Source of the DNA: Spirochaetales bacterium
Lineage (GTDB): Bacteria > Spirochaetota > Spirochaetia > JAIPGG01
Length of the DNA stretch: 64,000 bases
Reading direction: 5' to 3'
NCBI GenBank assembly: GCA_021736255.1
Contig: JAIPGG010000004.1
Location: 3,747-67,746, forward strand
Below are positions 9,207 to 17,391 of the stretch, piece after piece. Each line of letters opens with the position of its first letter. Position 1 is the first letter of the stretch. The notes beneath the pieces are model-generated. The model saw only the letters and a program-made list of their open reading frames with translations, searched no databases and was not told where the DNA came from. Made by a program: the position numbers and the translations under genes.

Positions 9207-10148
9207 TTACTGCACAACAGGGTATCCTTCGGTTACCCAGCCCATGGGCTCGTTCTTCGGTGTTCCCATACCGCCTTTGAGAGAGGCGGCATCATAACCG
9301 ATGACCTTCAGGATGGCCACAGTCTGCCCGGCAGTCTGTCCGCTGTAGCAATTTACTATGAGCTTCTTGTCTGCGGGAAGGCTTCCGAACATCTCGTGCA
9401 TATCGGCCCCGTAGGGAATGTTGACGGCCGTTTCGATATGCCCCTGGTCGTAGTCTTCTTTTCGGCGGATATCGACGAACTGCACCGAATCATCTTCTGC
9501 ATCGAGGATCTTCTTTGCGTTCTCTGAACTAATGATGTTGTTTGCAAAGGGAGTTCCGGCAAGTTCTTCGAATTCCTTATAATAGGCGTCTACCGTTTCC
9601 TGTACGGCCGGAGCGATCTCATTGTTTGCAGAGGGTACGGCTACCTCGGTAGTATCGATAAACTCATCTGCGCCTTCTACCTTGGAAAAACCGTAGTTGA
9701 ACCCGTACCGCACGGACTTGACGGGGATTCCGGCAAGGTTCAAGAGCGCCACCGTCTGCCCGGCGGTCTGCCCGCTGTAGCAGTAGAGATAGACCTGTCC
9801 GCTCTGGGGAATAGATGCCAGGTACTGTGCAAAATCCGGGCCCCAGGGCATGTTTACCGCTCCGGTAACATGTGCCTCTGCATAGGCATCGGGTTGACGG
9901 ATATCAATAACGAACATATCCTCGCCGTTTTGCAGCTTCTCGAGGAGCATCTCCTCCTTGATAATGTAGCCGCCCTGAGGGTATTCGTCGAAGTAGTCCT
10001 TTGCGAGTTCAGTTACATCAACAGCCGGTTCAGCAGCTTCCTGGGCCTGCTGTTCTCCCTGCGCACCTTCCTGCTGCCCCTTCGCGGTTACGGTCGCCGC
10101 GGAAAGTACCAGCAGAAGCACCAATAGAATGGGAAAGAGCTTTTTCAT
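9207..10148 (-). CDS. exported tandem-rhodanese sulfurtransferase
   Basis: Start reassigned to MKKLFPILLVLLLVLSAATVTA (signal peptide, RBS GGAGGAAG). There are two rhodanese domains, each with an active-site loop CYSGQTAGQT. Confidence 0.8.
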   Translation of the reverse strand: MKKLFPILLVLLLVLSAATVTAKGQQEGAQGEQQAQEAAEPAVDVTELAKDYFDEYPQGGYIIKEEMLLEKLQNGEDMFVIDIRQPDAYAEAHVTGAVNMPWGPDFAQYLASIPQSGQVYLYCYSGQTAGQTVALLNLAGIPVKSVRYGFNYGFSKVEGADEFIDTTEVAVPSANNEIAPAVQETVDAYYKEFEELAGTPFANNIISSENAKKILDAEDDSVQFVDIRRKEDYDQGHIETAVNIPYGADMHEMFGSLPADKKLIVNCYSGQTAGQTVAILKVIGYDAASLKGGMGTPKNEPMGWVTEGYPVVQ

Positions 10149-10233
10149 TGCTTCCTCCGAAAATTTCTTGTATTTATCTACTCCATCCGCCGGGCAAACT
10201 GCTCCGGTACGGATGGAGGTCCTGCACACTGTT

Positions 10234-11133
10234 TTATGAATTGTCCGCTGCTTCCAGTTCGAGAACCTCCGGGTCGGGCACATAAACCGGATTCATCGGG
10301 TTCGCGCTCCATTCAACCCACGCGCCGTCGTAAAGCTTCAGGTCCCGGTAACCGGCATTGTAGAGCGCCAGATACGTCTGGGCCCCGCGGATCGAAGTTT
10401 TGCAAAACATGATCACGGTATCGTCGAAATCGATGTCTTCTTCGAGGTAGCGAATTCTGATCTGCTGTACCGGTTTGTAGGTTCCGTCCTGGAAATTATT
10501 GCCGGTGAAATTCAAAAGAATCGATCCGGGGATGGTTCCCTCTTTGTATTCTTCTTCCGTCCGCGTATCGACAATACAGGTATTCTCGTCCGGGGTGTCG
10601 AGATGGTCTCGAATGTCTTCAGTAGTGGCTATCATTTCATCACGCCGAGGACCGGGTTCGAAAACAGCCGGCTGAACCGATGGCTTATCAGTGGTGATCT
10701 TTGCCCCCTCTTGCTTCATTGCAGCCAGGCCGCCGCTTACAACCTTTACCTGATCGTGTCCGTAGACCTTGAGGGTCCACCACAAACGGGCCGAATCCAT
10801 ATTTTTGTTGTTATCGTAAACAACAACCTGGGTATCATTGCTGATCCCCCGGCTTCCCATGACCTCGGCAATCTGCTCGGGCGGAGCCAAGAGGTTGGGA
10901 TACGGATCATTTACGACTATGTCTGCCCGGGCAATCGATACGGCTCCTGCAACATGTTCCTTCCGATAATCCAGAAGGTTCTGAGCATCCACAAGAAGGG
11001 CCCCTTCGCTTACGAGAGTTTGTGCCTCGGCGGCAGTAATTACCTCGGTATCTTGTTCACCGGCCGGCGGTGTCCCGCAGGCGAGAAGCGGAAGAACTAA
11101 AACCGCCACAACGGCTAACAGCTTGATCTTCAT
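10234..11133 (-). CDS. thiosulfate sulfurtransferase-like rhodanese lipoprotein (two-domain, SseA/TST-like)
   Basis: Lipoprotein signal MKIKLLAVVAVLVLPLLAC. It has an inactive N-terminal and a catalytic C-terminal rhodanese domain with loop CKTSIRG. Confidence 0.8.
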   Translation of the reverse strand: MKIKLLAVVAVLVLPLLACGTPPAGEQDTEVITAAEAQTLVSEGALLVDAQNLLDYRKEHVAGAVSIARADIVVNDPYPNLLAPPEQIAEVMGSRGISNDTQVVVYDNNKNMDSARLWWTLKVYGHDQVKVVSGGLAAMKQEGAKITTDKPSVQPAVFEPGPRRDEMIATTEDIRDHLDTPDENTCIVDTRTEEEYKEGTIPGSILLNFTGNNFQDGTYKPVQQIRIRYLEEDIDFDDTVIMFCKTSIRGAQTYLALYNAGYRDLKLYDGAWVEWSANPMNPVYVPDPEVLELEAADNS

Positions 11134-11160
11134 ATATCCTCCAGTTCCTAAATAATGCCG

Positions 11161-12414
11161 TTATACCGAAACCGGCTCGGCAACATATTTGTTCAGGGCT
11201 TCATAGATATGGGGCTTATCGCACTGGGTGGAAGTCTCAACCACTTCTCCCTCCTTGGTATAGAAGATGGTCATTGGTTCCACATCACAGGCAAGCCGGT
11301 CACAAAGGGATTTCCCCTTGTACTGATCGATGACATTCACTTTAACCTGACCGTCATATTCTTCTTCGATCTCCCGCAGCATAGGAAGCAGCTCTCGGCT
11401 CGGTGCATCGATAGCCGAGTACACGTAAATCAGACCTATCTTTTCCTTCTGCATGATCTGGTTTTTAAAGAGCTCGGTTTCCGAAATATGTTTTTCAGCT
11501 TCTACCCCGGCGATTGCACCGTCACCAACGGCGGTTGCAACCTGCTTGAGTTCTTTTTCTCGCACATCCCCGCATGCATAGACTCCGGCGATTCCTGTTT
11601 CCATCTTTTCATTGGTAATGACATATCCCTGCTTGCTGAGAGAAAGTTTGTCTTTGAATATCTCGGTGTTCGGTACATAGCCGATGAACTCGAAACAGGT
11701 ATCCACGTCGATGGGTATAATCTCTCCGGTCTTCAGGTTCTTGAGGTTCACCCGCTCGAGCTGCTCATCGCCTTCGAAGGAGTCGACTACTGTGTTCCAT
11801 ACGAACTCCATCTTCGGATTGTCGAGGGCCTGATCGCGTGAGATCTCGTTGCAGTCCATTTTCCCCTCATCGTGGATGACCGATACGATGACCTTCTTGG
11901 CAAACTTGCTTAGAAACATCCCTTCTTCAATAGCTGCATCCCCGGAACCAATAACCATAACGGTCTTGTCGGTATTTGCCGCAGCATCACAGGTAGCACA
12001 AAAAGATATACCCTTGTCGAAAAGGTATTTCTCCTCGTTCTCGGCACCTGTCGTCCTCGGTCTTCCGCCTGAGGCAACAATCACCGTCTTGGCTTCGAAA
12101 ATATTCCGAAAGGTTTCGACCTTCTTTACTTCGCCGTCGAGTTCGACATTCTTGACATCGGTAAGTTTGAACTTTACACCGAAGTTTTTTGCCTGTTTCT
12201 GGAAGAGCTCCATCAGGCCGAGACCGGTATTTCCCTCCGGAAAGCCGGGGTAATTCATGATCTCGTTCGTGTAGGTGGCTAACCCGCCGACCAGAGACTT
12301 TTCGATAAGCAGGGTTTTCAACTGCGCCCTGCCGCAGTATATTCCTGCAGTCATTCCACCGGCGCCTCCGCCGATTATGACCACATCATATTGTTCTACC
12401 TTCTTTTCTCGCAT
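11161..12414 (-). CDS. thioredoxin-reductase-like flavoprotein fused to a C-terminal thioredoxin-fold domain
   Basis: FAD site VVIIGGGAGG, redox-active CATCD, and second dinucleotide site VIGSGDAAIEE. HDEGKMDC stands where TrxR has HRRDxxRA. The roughly 100-aa C-terminal Trx-like fold has no CxxC. Confidence 0.8.
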   Translation of the reverse strand: MREKKVEQYDVVIIGGGAGGMTAGIYCGRAQLKTLLIEKSLVGGLATYTNEIMNYPGFPEGNTGLGLMELFQKQAKNFGVKFKLTDVKNVELDGEVKKVETFRNIFEAKTVIVASGGRPRTTGAENEEKYLFDKGISFCATCDAAANTDKTVMVIGSGDAAIEEGMFLSKFAKKVIVSVIHDEGKMDCNEISRDQALDNPKMEFVWNTVVDSFEGDEQLERVNLKNLKTGEIIPIDVDTCFEFIGYVPNTEIFKDKLSLSKQGYVITNEKMETGIAGVYACGDVREKELKQVATAVGDGAIAGVEAEKHISETELFKNQIMQKEKIGLIYVYSAIDAPSRELLPMLREIEEEYDGQVKVNVIDQYKGKSLCDRLACDVEPMTIFYTKEGEVVETSTQCDKPHIYEALNKYVAEPVSV

Positions 12415-12438
12415 ATGATCTCCTCTTTTCGGATAAGG

Positions 12439-12984
12439 CTACATAAAGTATTTAACCAGCATCTTGCTGCCGACTACGGCTCCGAAAAACATGGCCAATC
12501 CGAAGACCCAACCGGACAGGGAAAATGAAGCAATACCGGAAAAAAGAGCACCGATATTACACCCGAACCCGATGCGGGCCCCGTAGCCCATAAAAATACC
12601 TCCGAGAATCGCCGCAACAACCTGCCGCCAGGATTTGATTTTCTTGATCTTGAATCCGGAGGCTATAAGAGCGGCAAACAGAGCTCCGACAATAATGCCG
12701 ATATTCCGCCAGCTTCCCGGATCCCGAACAAACCCGCCGTCTATCGTAGTCCAAGCAGACTCTCGGGCAAAGTAATACCATTTATCCACCGAACCGCCGA
12801 GAGATTCGAATATCCAGGCACCCCAGTTGGCAAACACCGCAGAGACTCCCCACGGATTCCGGGTTACAGCAATGGTGAGAATCTGAAATACCGACAGCAA
12901 TATTGCAGCAGTCAGATAGGGCCAGGCATCCTTGAGCCAAAGCTTGTAATATTCGTTTTTCTTGACATTATCGAAGAATTTCAT
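12439..12984 (-). CDS. YeeE/YedE family sulfur-compound transporter, C-terminal half
   Basis: 181 aa and polytopic, with the conserved GFGCNIGALF motif. Confidence 0.8.
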   Translation of the reverse strand: MKFFDNVKKNEYYKLWLKDAWPYLTAAILLSVFQILTIAVTRNPWGVSAVFANWGAWIFESLGGSVDKWYYFARESAWTTIDGGFVRDPGSWRNIGIIVGALFAALIASGFKIKKIKSWRQVVAAILGGIFMGYGARIGFGCNIGALFSGIASFSLSGWVFGLAMFFGAVVGSKMLVKYFM

Positions 12985-12993
12985 ATTGATCCC

Positions 12994-13221
12994 CTACTTT
13001 GTCTTTTCGATGATGACTTCCCATTCACCATCGTCAATCTCTTCGATTTCTACGTTGTGTCCCTCGGTGCGGGCCCATTCGGGAACATTCTTCATTGCAC
13101 AGCTGTGATCGAGCTGAACAATCAGTACATCGCCAACCTCCAGTTCTTCGAGTTTCTTCTGTGCTTTTACCAGAGGAACCGGACAGGCTTCACCGTAACA
13201 ATCTAATTCGACTTCCTTCAT
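12994..13221 (-). CDS. TusA/YeeD-like sulfur carrier protein (copy 1, 75 aa)
   Basis: CPxP-type motif DCYGEACPVPLVKAQKKL. Start reassigned to MKEVELD (RBS AGGAG). The ORF-track N-terminal extension overlaps copy 2. Confidence 0.85.
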   Translation of the reverse strand: MKEVELDCYGEACPVPLVKAQKKLEELEVGDVLIVQLDHSCAMKNVPEWARTEGHNVEIEEIDDGEWEVIIEKTK

Positions 13222-13235
13222 AGCTGTGCTCCTTT

Positions 13236-13463
13236 CTATTTCGTTTTCTCTATGATGACTTCCCATTCACCGTCGTCGATCTCTTCGATCTCGACATTGT
13301 GGCCCTCGGTGCGGGCCCATTCGGGAACATTCTTCATCGCACAACTGTGATCGAGCTGAACGATCAGCACATCACCCACTTCCAGTTCTTCGAGTTTTTT
13401 CTGTGCCTTAACCAGGGGGACCGGACAGGCTTCACCGTAACAATCTAATTCGACTTCCTTCAT
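13236..13463 (-). CDS. TusA/YeeD-like sulfur carrier protein (copy 2, 75 aa, protein identical to copy 1)
   Basis: Same 75-aa sequence as copy 1. RBS GAGGTG. Confidence 0.85.
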   Translation of the reverse strand: MKEVELDCYGEACPVPLVKAQKKLEELEVGDVLIVQLDHSCAMKNVPEWARTEGHNVEIEEIDDGEWEVIIEKTK

Positions 13464-13483
13464 CGTATATCACCTCTTCTTGT

Positions 13484-14215
13484 TTAATGTTCTGCGCCGG
13501 CAGCTGCTGCCTGTTTTCTTTTGGCAAACTTATCCGCGGCAATCCACAGGAACACAATGATCAATAAATGAACAATAAGTGCTCCGATCCAACCAAATAT
13601 ATCCGGTAGAAAGACCTCATCTCCCTTGAGAATTACATTCAGTTTCCACCATCCAAAATGGTACGCTCCGAGCAGTGAACCAACGATGAAGAAGACGAGG
13701 GAAAGAACCTGCATCATAAATCCCTCACCTACCCGCATCAGTGTTCCCGAAGCACATCCGCCGGATATGACCATACCGATACCGAAAATAAATCCTCCGA
13801 CTATAGTCGCCAGACTTATCGGTACAACAAAACCCATACCGGGAATTGGAAGTCCCTGGGTAAAAGCCCCGTACTTGATTGCCCAGAAACCAATACCGGT
13901 AACCGCAAAAGCAACGAGTACGGCTTTTGAAAGATTGGTTCCTCCGGTCAGGTACGGATCCCTCATTGCAGCCGTAAAACAAAACCGGCCGCGCTGGAGA
14001 ATAAACCCGAATCCGATACCCGTGAGCCAAAAGAACGTTAAATTCTCCGACAACCCGCTCAAGACGATCCCGACAATAACGATGCCGATGAAAACGAGAA
14101 TCCCCAGAGGGATCTGGTTCGTTTTCTTCTTCCGGGAACGGGACCGTGAAGAACTCCTGCGGATTGTTGATCCGCCGGATGATGCCGGGGCCGCAGCATT
14201 CGTATCTTCGCCCAT
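13484..14215 (-). CDS. YeeE/YedE family sulfur-compound transporter, N-terminal part with Ser/Arg-rich cytoplasmic tail
   Basis: Motifs RGRFCFTAAMRD and SGGCASGTLMR. The N-terminal 40 aa are low complexity (SSSRSRSRKKK). RBS GGAGG. Confidence 0.8.
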   Translation of the reverse strand: MGEDTNAAAPASSGGSTIRRSSSRSRSRKKKTNQIPLGILVFIGIVIVGIVLSGLSENLTFFWLTGIGFGFILQRGRFCFTAAMRDPYLTGGTNLSKAVLVAFAVTGIGFWAIKYGAFTQGLPIPGMGFVVPISLATIVGGFIFGIGMVISGGCASGTLMRVGEGFMMQVLSLVFFIVGSLLGAYHFGWWKLNVILKGDEVFLPDIFGWIGALIVHLLIIVFLWIAADKFAKRKQAAAAGAEH

Positions 14216-14263
14216 GCACTAACCTCCGTTTTTTTCTTTCTTCTTTCTAAATCGAAAGAGTTC

Positions 14264-14316
14264 TATAGATATATATAGATATATTCTTATATAAAACTAT
14301 GCAAAATCTATATATA
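14264..14316. promoter_or_regulatory. AT-rich repeat cluster (candidate operator/promoter of the sulfur operon)
   Basis: Tandem TATAGATATA x2 at 14264-14283. An 11-bp inverted repeat, TATATATAGAT (14270-14280) and ATCTATATATA (14306-14316), also lies here. The cluster is 50-100 bp upstream of the yeeE-N start. Confidence 0.35.
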
Positions 14317-14478
14317 AGTTTTCATAAGCAAAGTCGTCATGTTTTGTGTGTAAACGATAGTAGTATGATTTCTGTGAGCGGTCAAGTAAGAATCGCTAAA
14401 AAATTATTAAATCAAATTTTATAATATAGTGTTTTTTATATTTCGTGAAAAACTATCAGAAGGATAAAAGATGGAATC

Positions 14479-14507
14479 TTGACTCACCCGGACACTTCTT
14501 CTAATGT
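14479..14507 (+). promoter_or_regulatory. candidate sigma-70 promoter
   Basis: TTGACT, 17 nt, TAATGT, followed 13 nt later by GAGGAG and then ATG 14527. Confidence 0.45.
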
Positions 14508-14526
14508 ATCCTTCGAGGAGAAAGCT

Positions 14527-15423
14527 ATGAAACAAAAAATGATAATGGGAGCTGCCGGGACAGCGGCAGCCTTTTTTCTACTGATAGCCGGTTCATGTGC
14601 CACCAGTGAACCCGCCGCCCCTTCCGATTCCGAAAAACAACATCCAAAACAGCAGCAAGCTGAGAAAGAACGAGAACCCGAGAAGGTAATCGAGACAGAG
14701 TACCTTGTTGCCCGTCAAGGCTCGTACTTCTCAGACGGCGTTCTCGATGAGTATATTGAATATACCTACGCCGATGAAGGCACCCTGCTGCTCAAAAGCG
14801 AACGCTATAATGCTTCAGATCAGTTACAGGAAACCATTCGGAACACCTATGAAAACGGTCTTCTTGTGCGAAGAGAAAGCATTGGCCCCTCCGGAGAACT
14901 GATTTCGTATCATCTTATTTCCTACGACGATGAGGGGAACCTGCTCAGTGACGGGACATATAATGCCGAGGAAGAGCTCCAAACTCTATCCGAATATGAA
15001 TATGATCAAGATGGAAACCGAATTCGTTGGAATATCTATGACGGAAACCGCTCTCTTCTCACTTATACAACCTATGAATACGAGGACGGGCTGAACAGTC
15101 GGATCATGAGCTACAGCCCCGGCGGCAGATTGGAAGAGTATTTCATTAATGAATACAACACAGAAGGAAAAATGACTGCCGCTGCCCATTATAACTCTGA
15201 AGATGAACTCCTTCAGACCCGAGAATACACATATAACAGTGAAGGGTCTCTGAGCGAACTACAGGTACTCCGCCCAAACGGAACTACTATCCGATCAGTC
15301 GAATACACCTACGATGAAGCAGGCAACCCGGTAGTTATCCGTTATCTTCGGGCCGGTAACGACCTTCGGGAAGAAGTGCGCCGTGAATATATAACACGTA
15401 ATGTAGAGCGTGTTGTCGAGTAG
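14527..15423 (+). CDS. YD-repeat-like lipoprotein
   Basis: Start reassigned to MKQKMIMG (RBS GAGGAG), with lipobox LIAGSC. Repeated Y-x-Y-D/E-x-x-G-N/R-like units are visible (YEYDQDGNRIRW, YTYDEAGNPVVI, YTYNSEGSL). Confidence 0.65.
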   Translation: MKQKMIMGAAGTAAAFFLLIAGSCATSEPAAPSDSEKQHPKQQQAEKEREPEKVIETEYLVARQGSYFSDGVLDEYIEYTYADEGTLLLKSERYNASDQLQETIRNTYENGLLVRRESIGPSGELISYHLISYDDEGNLLSDGTYNAEEELQTLSEYEYDQDGNRIRWNIYDGNRSLLTYTTYEYEDGLNSRIMSYSPGGRLEEYFINEYNTEGKMTAAAHYNSEDELLQTREYTYNSEGSLSELQVLRPNGTTIRSVEYTYDEAGNPVVIRYLRAGNDLREEVRREYITRNVERVVE

Positions 15424-15452
15424 ATTCAGATATGAATGAAGGATTACAAACT

Positions 15453-16664
15453 ATGCAGAAAACGATAAAACGAACACTTTTGATACTTCTTCTTGTATCC
15501 ATGACCGGACCTTCCCTTTTCGCAATTGGAGAGGTTTCAGCGGTCTGGTCGAGAATCTACCGGCGGGCCAACACGCTTCAACAAAAACACCAGGTTATGC
15601 AATCCATTGTAGAACAACACAGCCGAGAGATGGTACCGGTTCTCTCCCAGGCCCTTGAGGAGCAACTCCAAAATCTAAGCAATCCCATGAATACAAAGAC
15701 CCGAAACATTTCCACTTCTCTGCTCAAGATAATCGTTAAAGAGTTGGGCAGACTCAAGGCTTCGGAAACTGCACCCCTCGTTTTTGAACTGGTACAAGCA
15801 TCCGACGATCCCCTCTTAAAGGGAGAAGCCATACTATCTTTAGGAAAGATGAGGGCTCGAGGTTATGCCGAGGATTTTGCTCTTATGCTCAGGAATTTGA
15901 ATATGAATTATGGCGATATTCAACAACAGCGGGCGAATGAGACGCTGGCTTATTCATTGGTCCTTGCTCTCGAACTCCTCAAGGATCCTGTCGGATACTC
16001 ACCTGTCTTTTTTGCAGCTTCCGGCTGGTATTCCGATGTCGGTAATGTGAAACAAGCAGCTGAACGGGCATTAAAAACCATGGTGGATGATCCCACCGAC
16101 CAACTCACGAATATTCTCCTCGAAGCGAAGGATATCTCCGTCAAAAAAAGGGCCCTCGAAGCAGCTGTGGAGTCGGATGCCTCCTCACAAAACAAAGTAG
16201 AGCTCGCATCTCTTGCACTGGCCGAAGGACTCAACCGTGAAGCCAACTCTGCAGCACAGCGGCGTGAATTGAAGCAACTGAGGCTTGATTCTCTTCGAAT
16301 TCTTGCCGAGGCGGCAATACCGGATGAGAGCGCCCTGGTGTCCTTCGACGAGATGATTTACCAGTATCGGGTAGACCGTGTTTTCGATGAAGATGAGATG
16401 TTGACTGCCATTCACACGATGGGAAATTACAAAGACAGTGAGGAGGCGGCTGAAATCCTTTCACGCTTTCTTGAATATATGAACAATCAGCGGGAAGCTG
16501 GGAAACAACCTGATTCCCTTAGAATCGCAAAGGCCACGGTTATTGCGCTCGGTGAAATCGGAAGCCCTGTTGCAACGGAACAACTGATGACGCTCACCTT
16601 CATTCCGAACTGGGAGAATTCGATCATTCGGCTGGCCAAGGAAAGTCTGGAGAAGATTCAGTAA
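15453..16664 (+). CDS. exported HEAT/ARM-like repeat protein
   Basis: Signal peptide MQKTIKRTLLILLLVSMTGPSLFA followed by an all-helical repeat composition. The start could instead be 15432. Confidence 0.6.
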   Translation: MQKTIKRTLLILLLVSMTGPSLFAIGEVSAVWSRIYRRANTLQQKHQVMQSIVEQHSREMVPVLSQALEEQLQNLSNPMNTKTRNISTSLLKIIVKELGRLKASETAPLVFELVQASDDPLLKGEAILSLGKMRARGYAEDFALMLRNLNMNYGDIQQQRANETLAYSLVLALELLKDPVGYSPVFFAASGWYSDVGNVKQAAERALKTMVDDPTDQLTNILLEAKDISVKKRALEAAVESDASSQNKVELASLALAEGLNREANSAAQRRELKQLRLDSLRILAEAAIPDESALVSFDEMIYQYRVDRVFDEDEMLTAIHTMGNYKDSEEAAEILSRFLEYMNNQREAGKQPDSLRIAKATVIALGEIGSPVATEQLMTLTFIPNWENSIIRLAKESLEKIQ

Positions 16665-16743
16665 AAAAACGAATCAAAGACCGGGATGGACAGCTGCATA
16701 GACCAGTGCAGTCTGCTCCAAAGTTCGCAGGAGGTTTTCCGCA

Positions 16744-17391
16744 CTATGTCTTTTGTTCGCGGCGTGAACCCACAAACCGTTCAAAATCGTGAATATTTTT
16801 CACGATGATCTTGTCTTTTTGAAGCTCCACTCTCCGCTGCGAGGCAAAATGGTGAATAATCTCCCGGCAAGCCCCCGGAGACATTCCGGCCCAATGGGCA
16901 ATATCCTCGATGGATGTCTTGAATTCCCTCTCATCTTCTTCCGGGTCGGCAACGGGATTGAGTTCGTTCAACATTAAAAAGACATCGGCGACCTTTGCTT
17001 GTTCATCCTGAAGCGTTAAAATCATGAACCGCCGCTTTTGATCGTAAATCCGTTTGGTAAAGAGTTTCAGAAGCTTCATGGCGATTTGAGGATTTCCGCG
17101 CATGAGCACCTCGAAGTTTTCCCGGTTGAATTCGAGAGCTTTTACTTTCTCGTAGGCTATGGCAGTAGCAGAACGAGGTGCCTCTTCGAGGATTGCCATT
17201 TCACCGAAAATCTCCCCCGGATTGAGGATATCGATGGTCTTTTCAATGTCTCCCATTATCTTAACGATTTGCACACGTCCGGATTGAATAAGATAGAAGT
17301 TGTCTCCGGGTTCATATTCACAGAAAATTATATCCCCCGCTTGGAATGTAACCGCAAAACGTTCGAACATTGAAAGGTTCAAAGAGGACAT
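16744..17391 (-). CDS. Crp/Fnr family transcriptional regulator
   Basis: cNMP-binding domain with a canonical phosphate-binding cassette (FGEMAILEEAPRSATA) plus a C-terminal HTH. The ATGA overlaps the upstream gene. Confidence 0.8.
   Translation of the reverse strand: MSSLNLSMFERFAVTFQAGDIIFCEYEPGDNFYLIQSGRVQIVKIMGDIEKTIDILNPGEIFGEMAILEEAPRSATAIAYEKVKALEFNRENFEVLMRGNPQIAMKLLKLFTKRIYDQKRRFMILTLQDEQAKVADVFLMLNELNPVADPEEDEREFKTSIEDIAHWAGMSPGACREIIHHFASQRRVELQKDKIIVKNIHDFERFVGSRREQKT

Noticed and set aside
11155-12253. Plus-strand ORFs (228 aa and 134 aa) antisense to the TrxR-like gene
   Set aside because: They have no motifs and run opposite to a frame with unmistakable flavoprotein signatures.
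13626-14222. A 198-aa plus-strand ORF and a 164-aa minus-strand alternative-frame ORF over the yeeE N-terminal gene
   Set aside because: The YeeE frame carries conserved Cys motifs and a TM periodicity. The alternatives are Pro/Arg-rich and have no start context.
14340-14400. A CRP-like half-site TGTGAGCGGTCAAGTA in the AT-rich spacer
   Set aside because: Only one half-site (TGTGA) matches and the partner half (TCACA) is absent. This is too weak to call.
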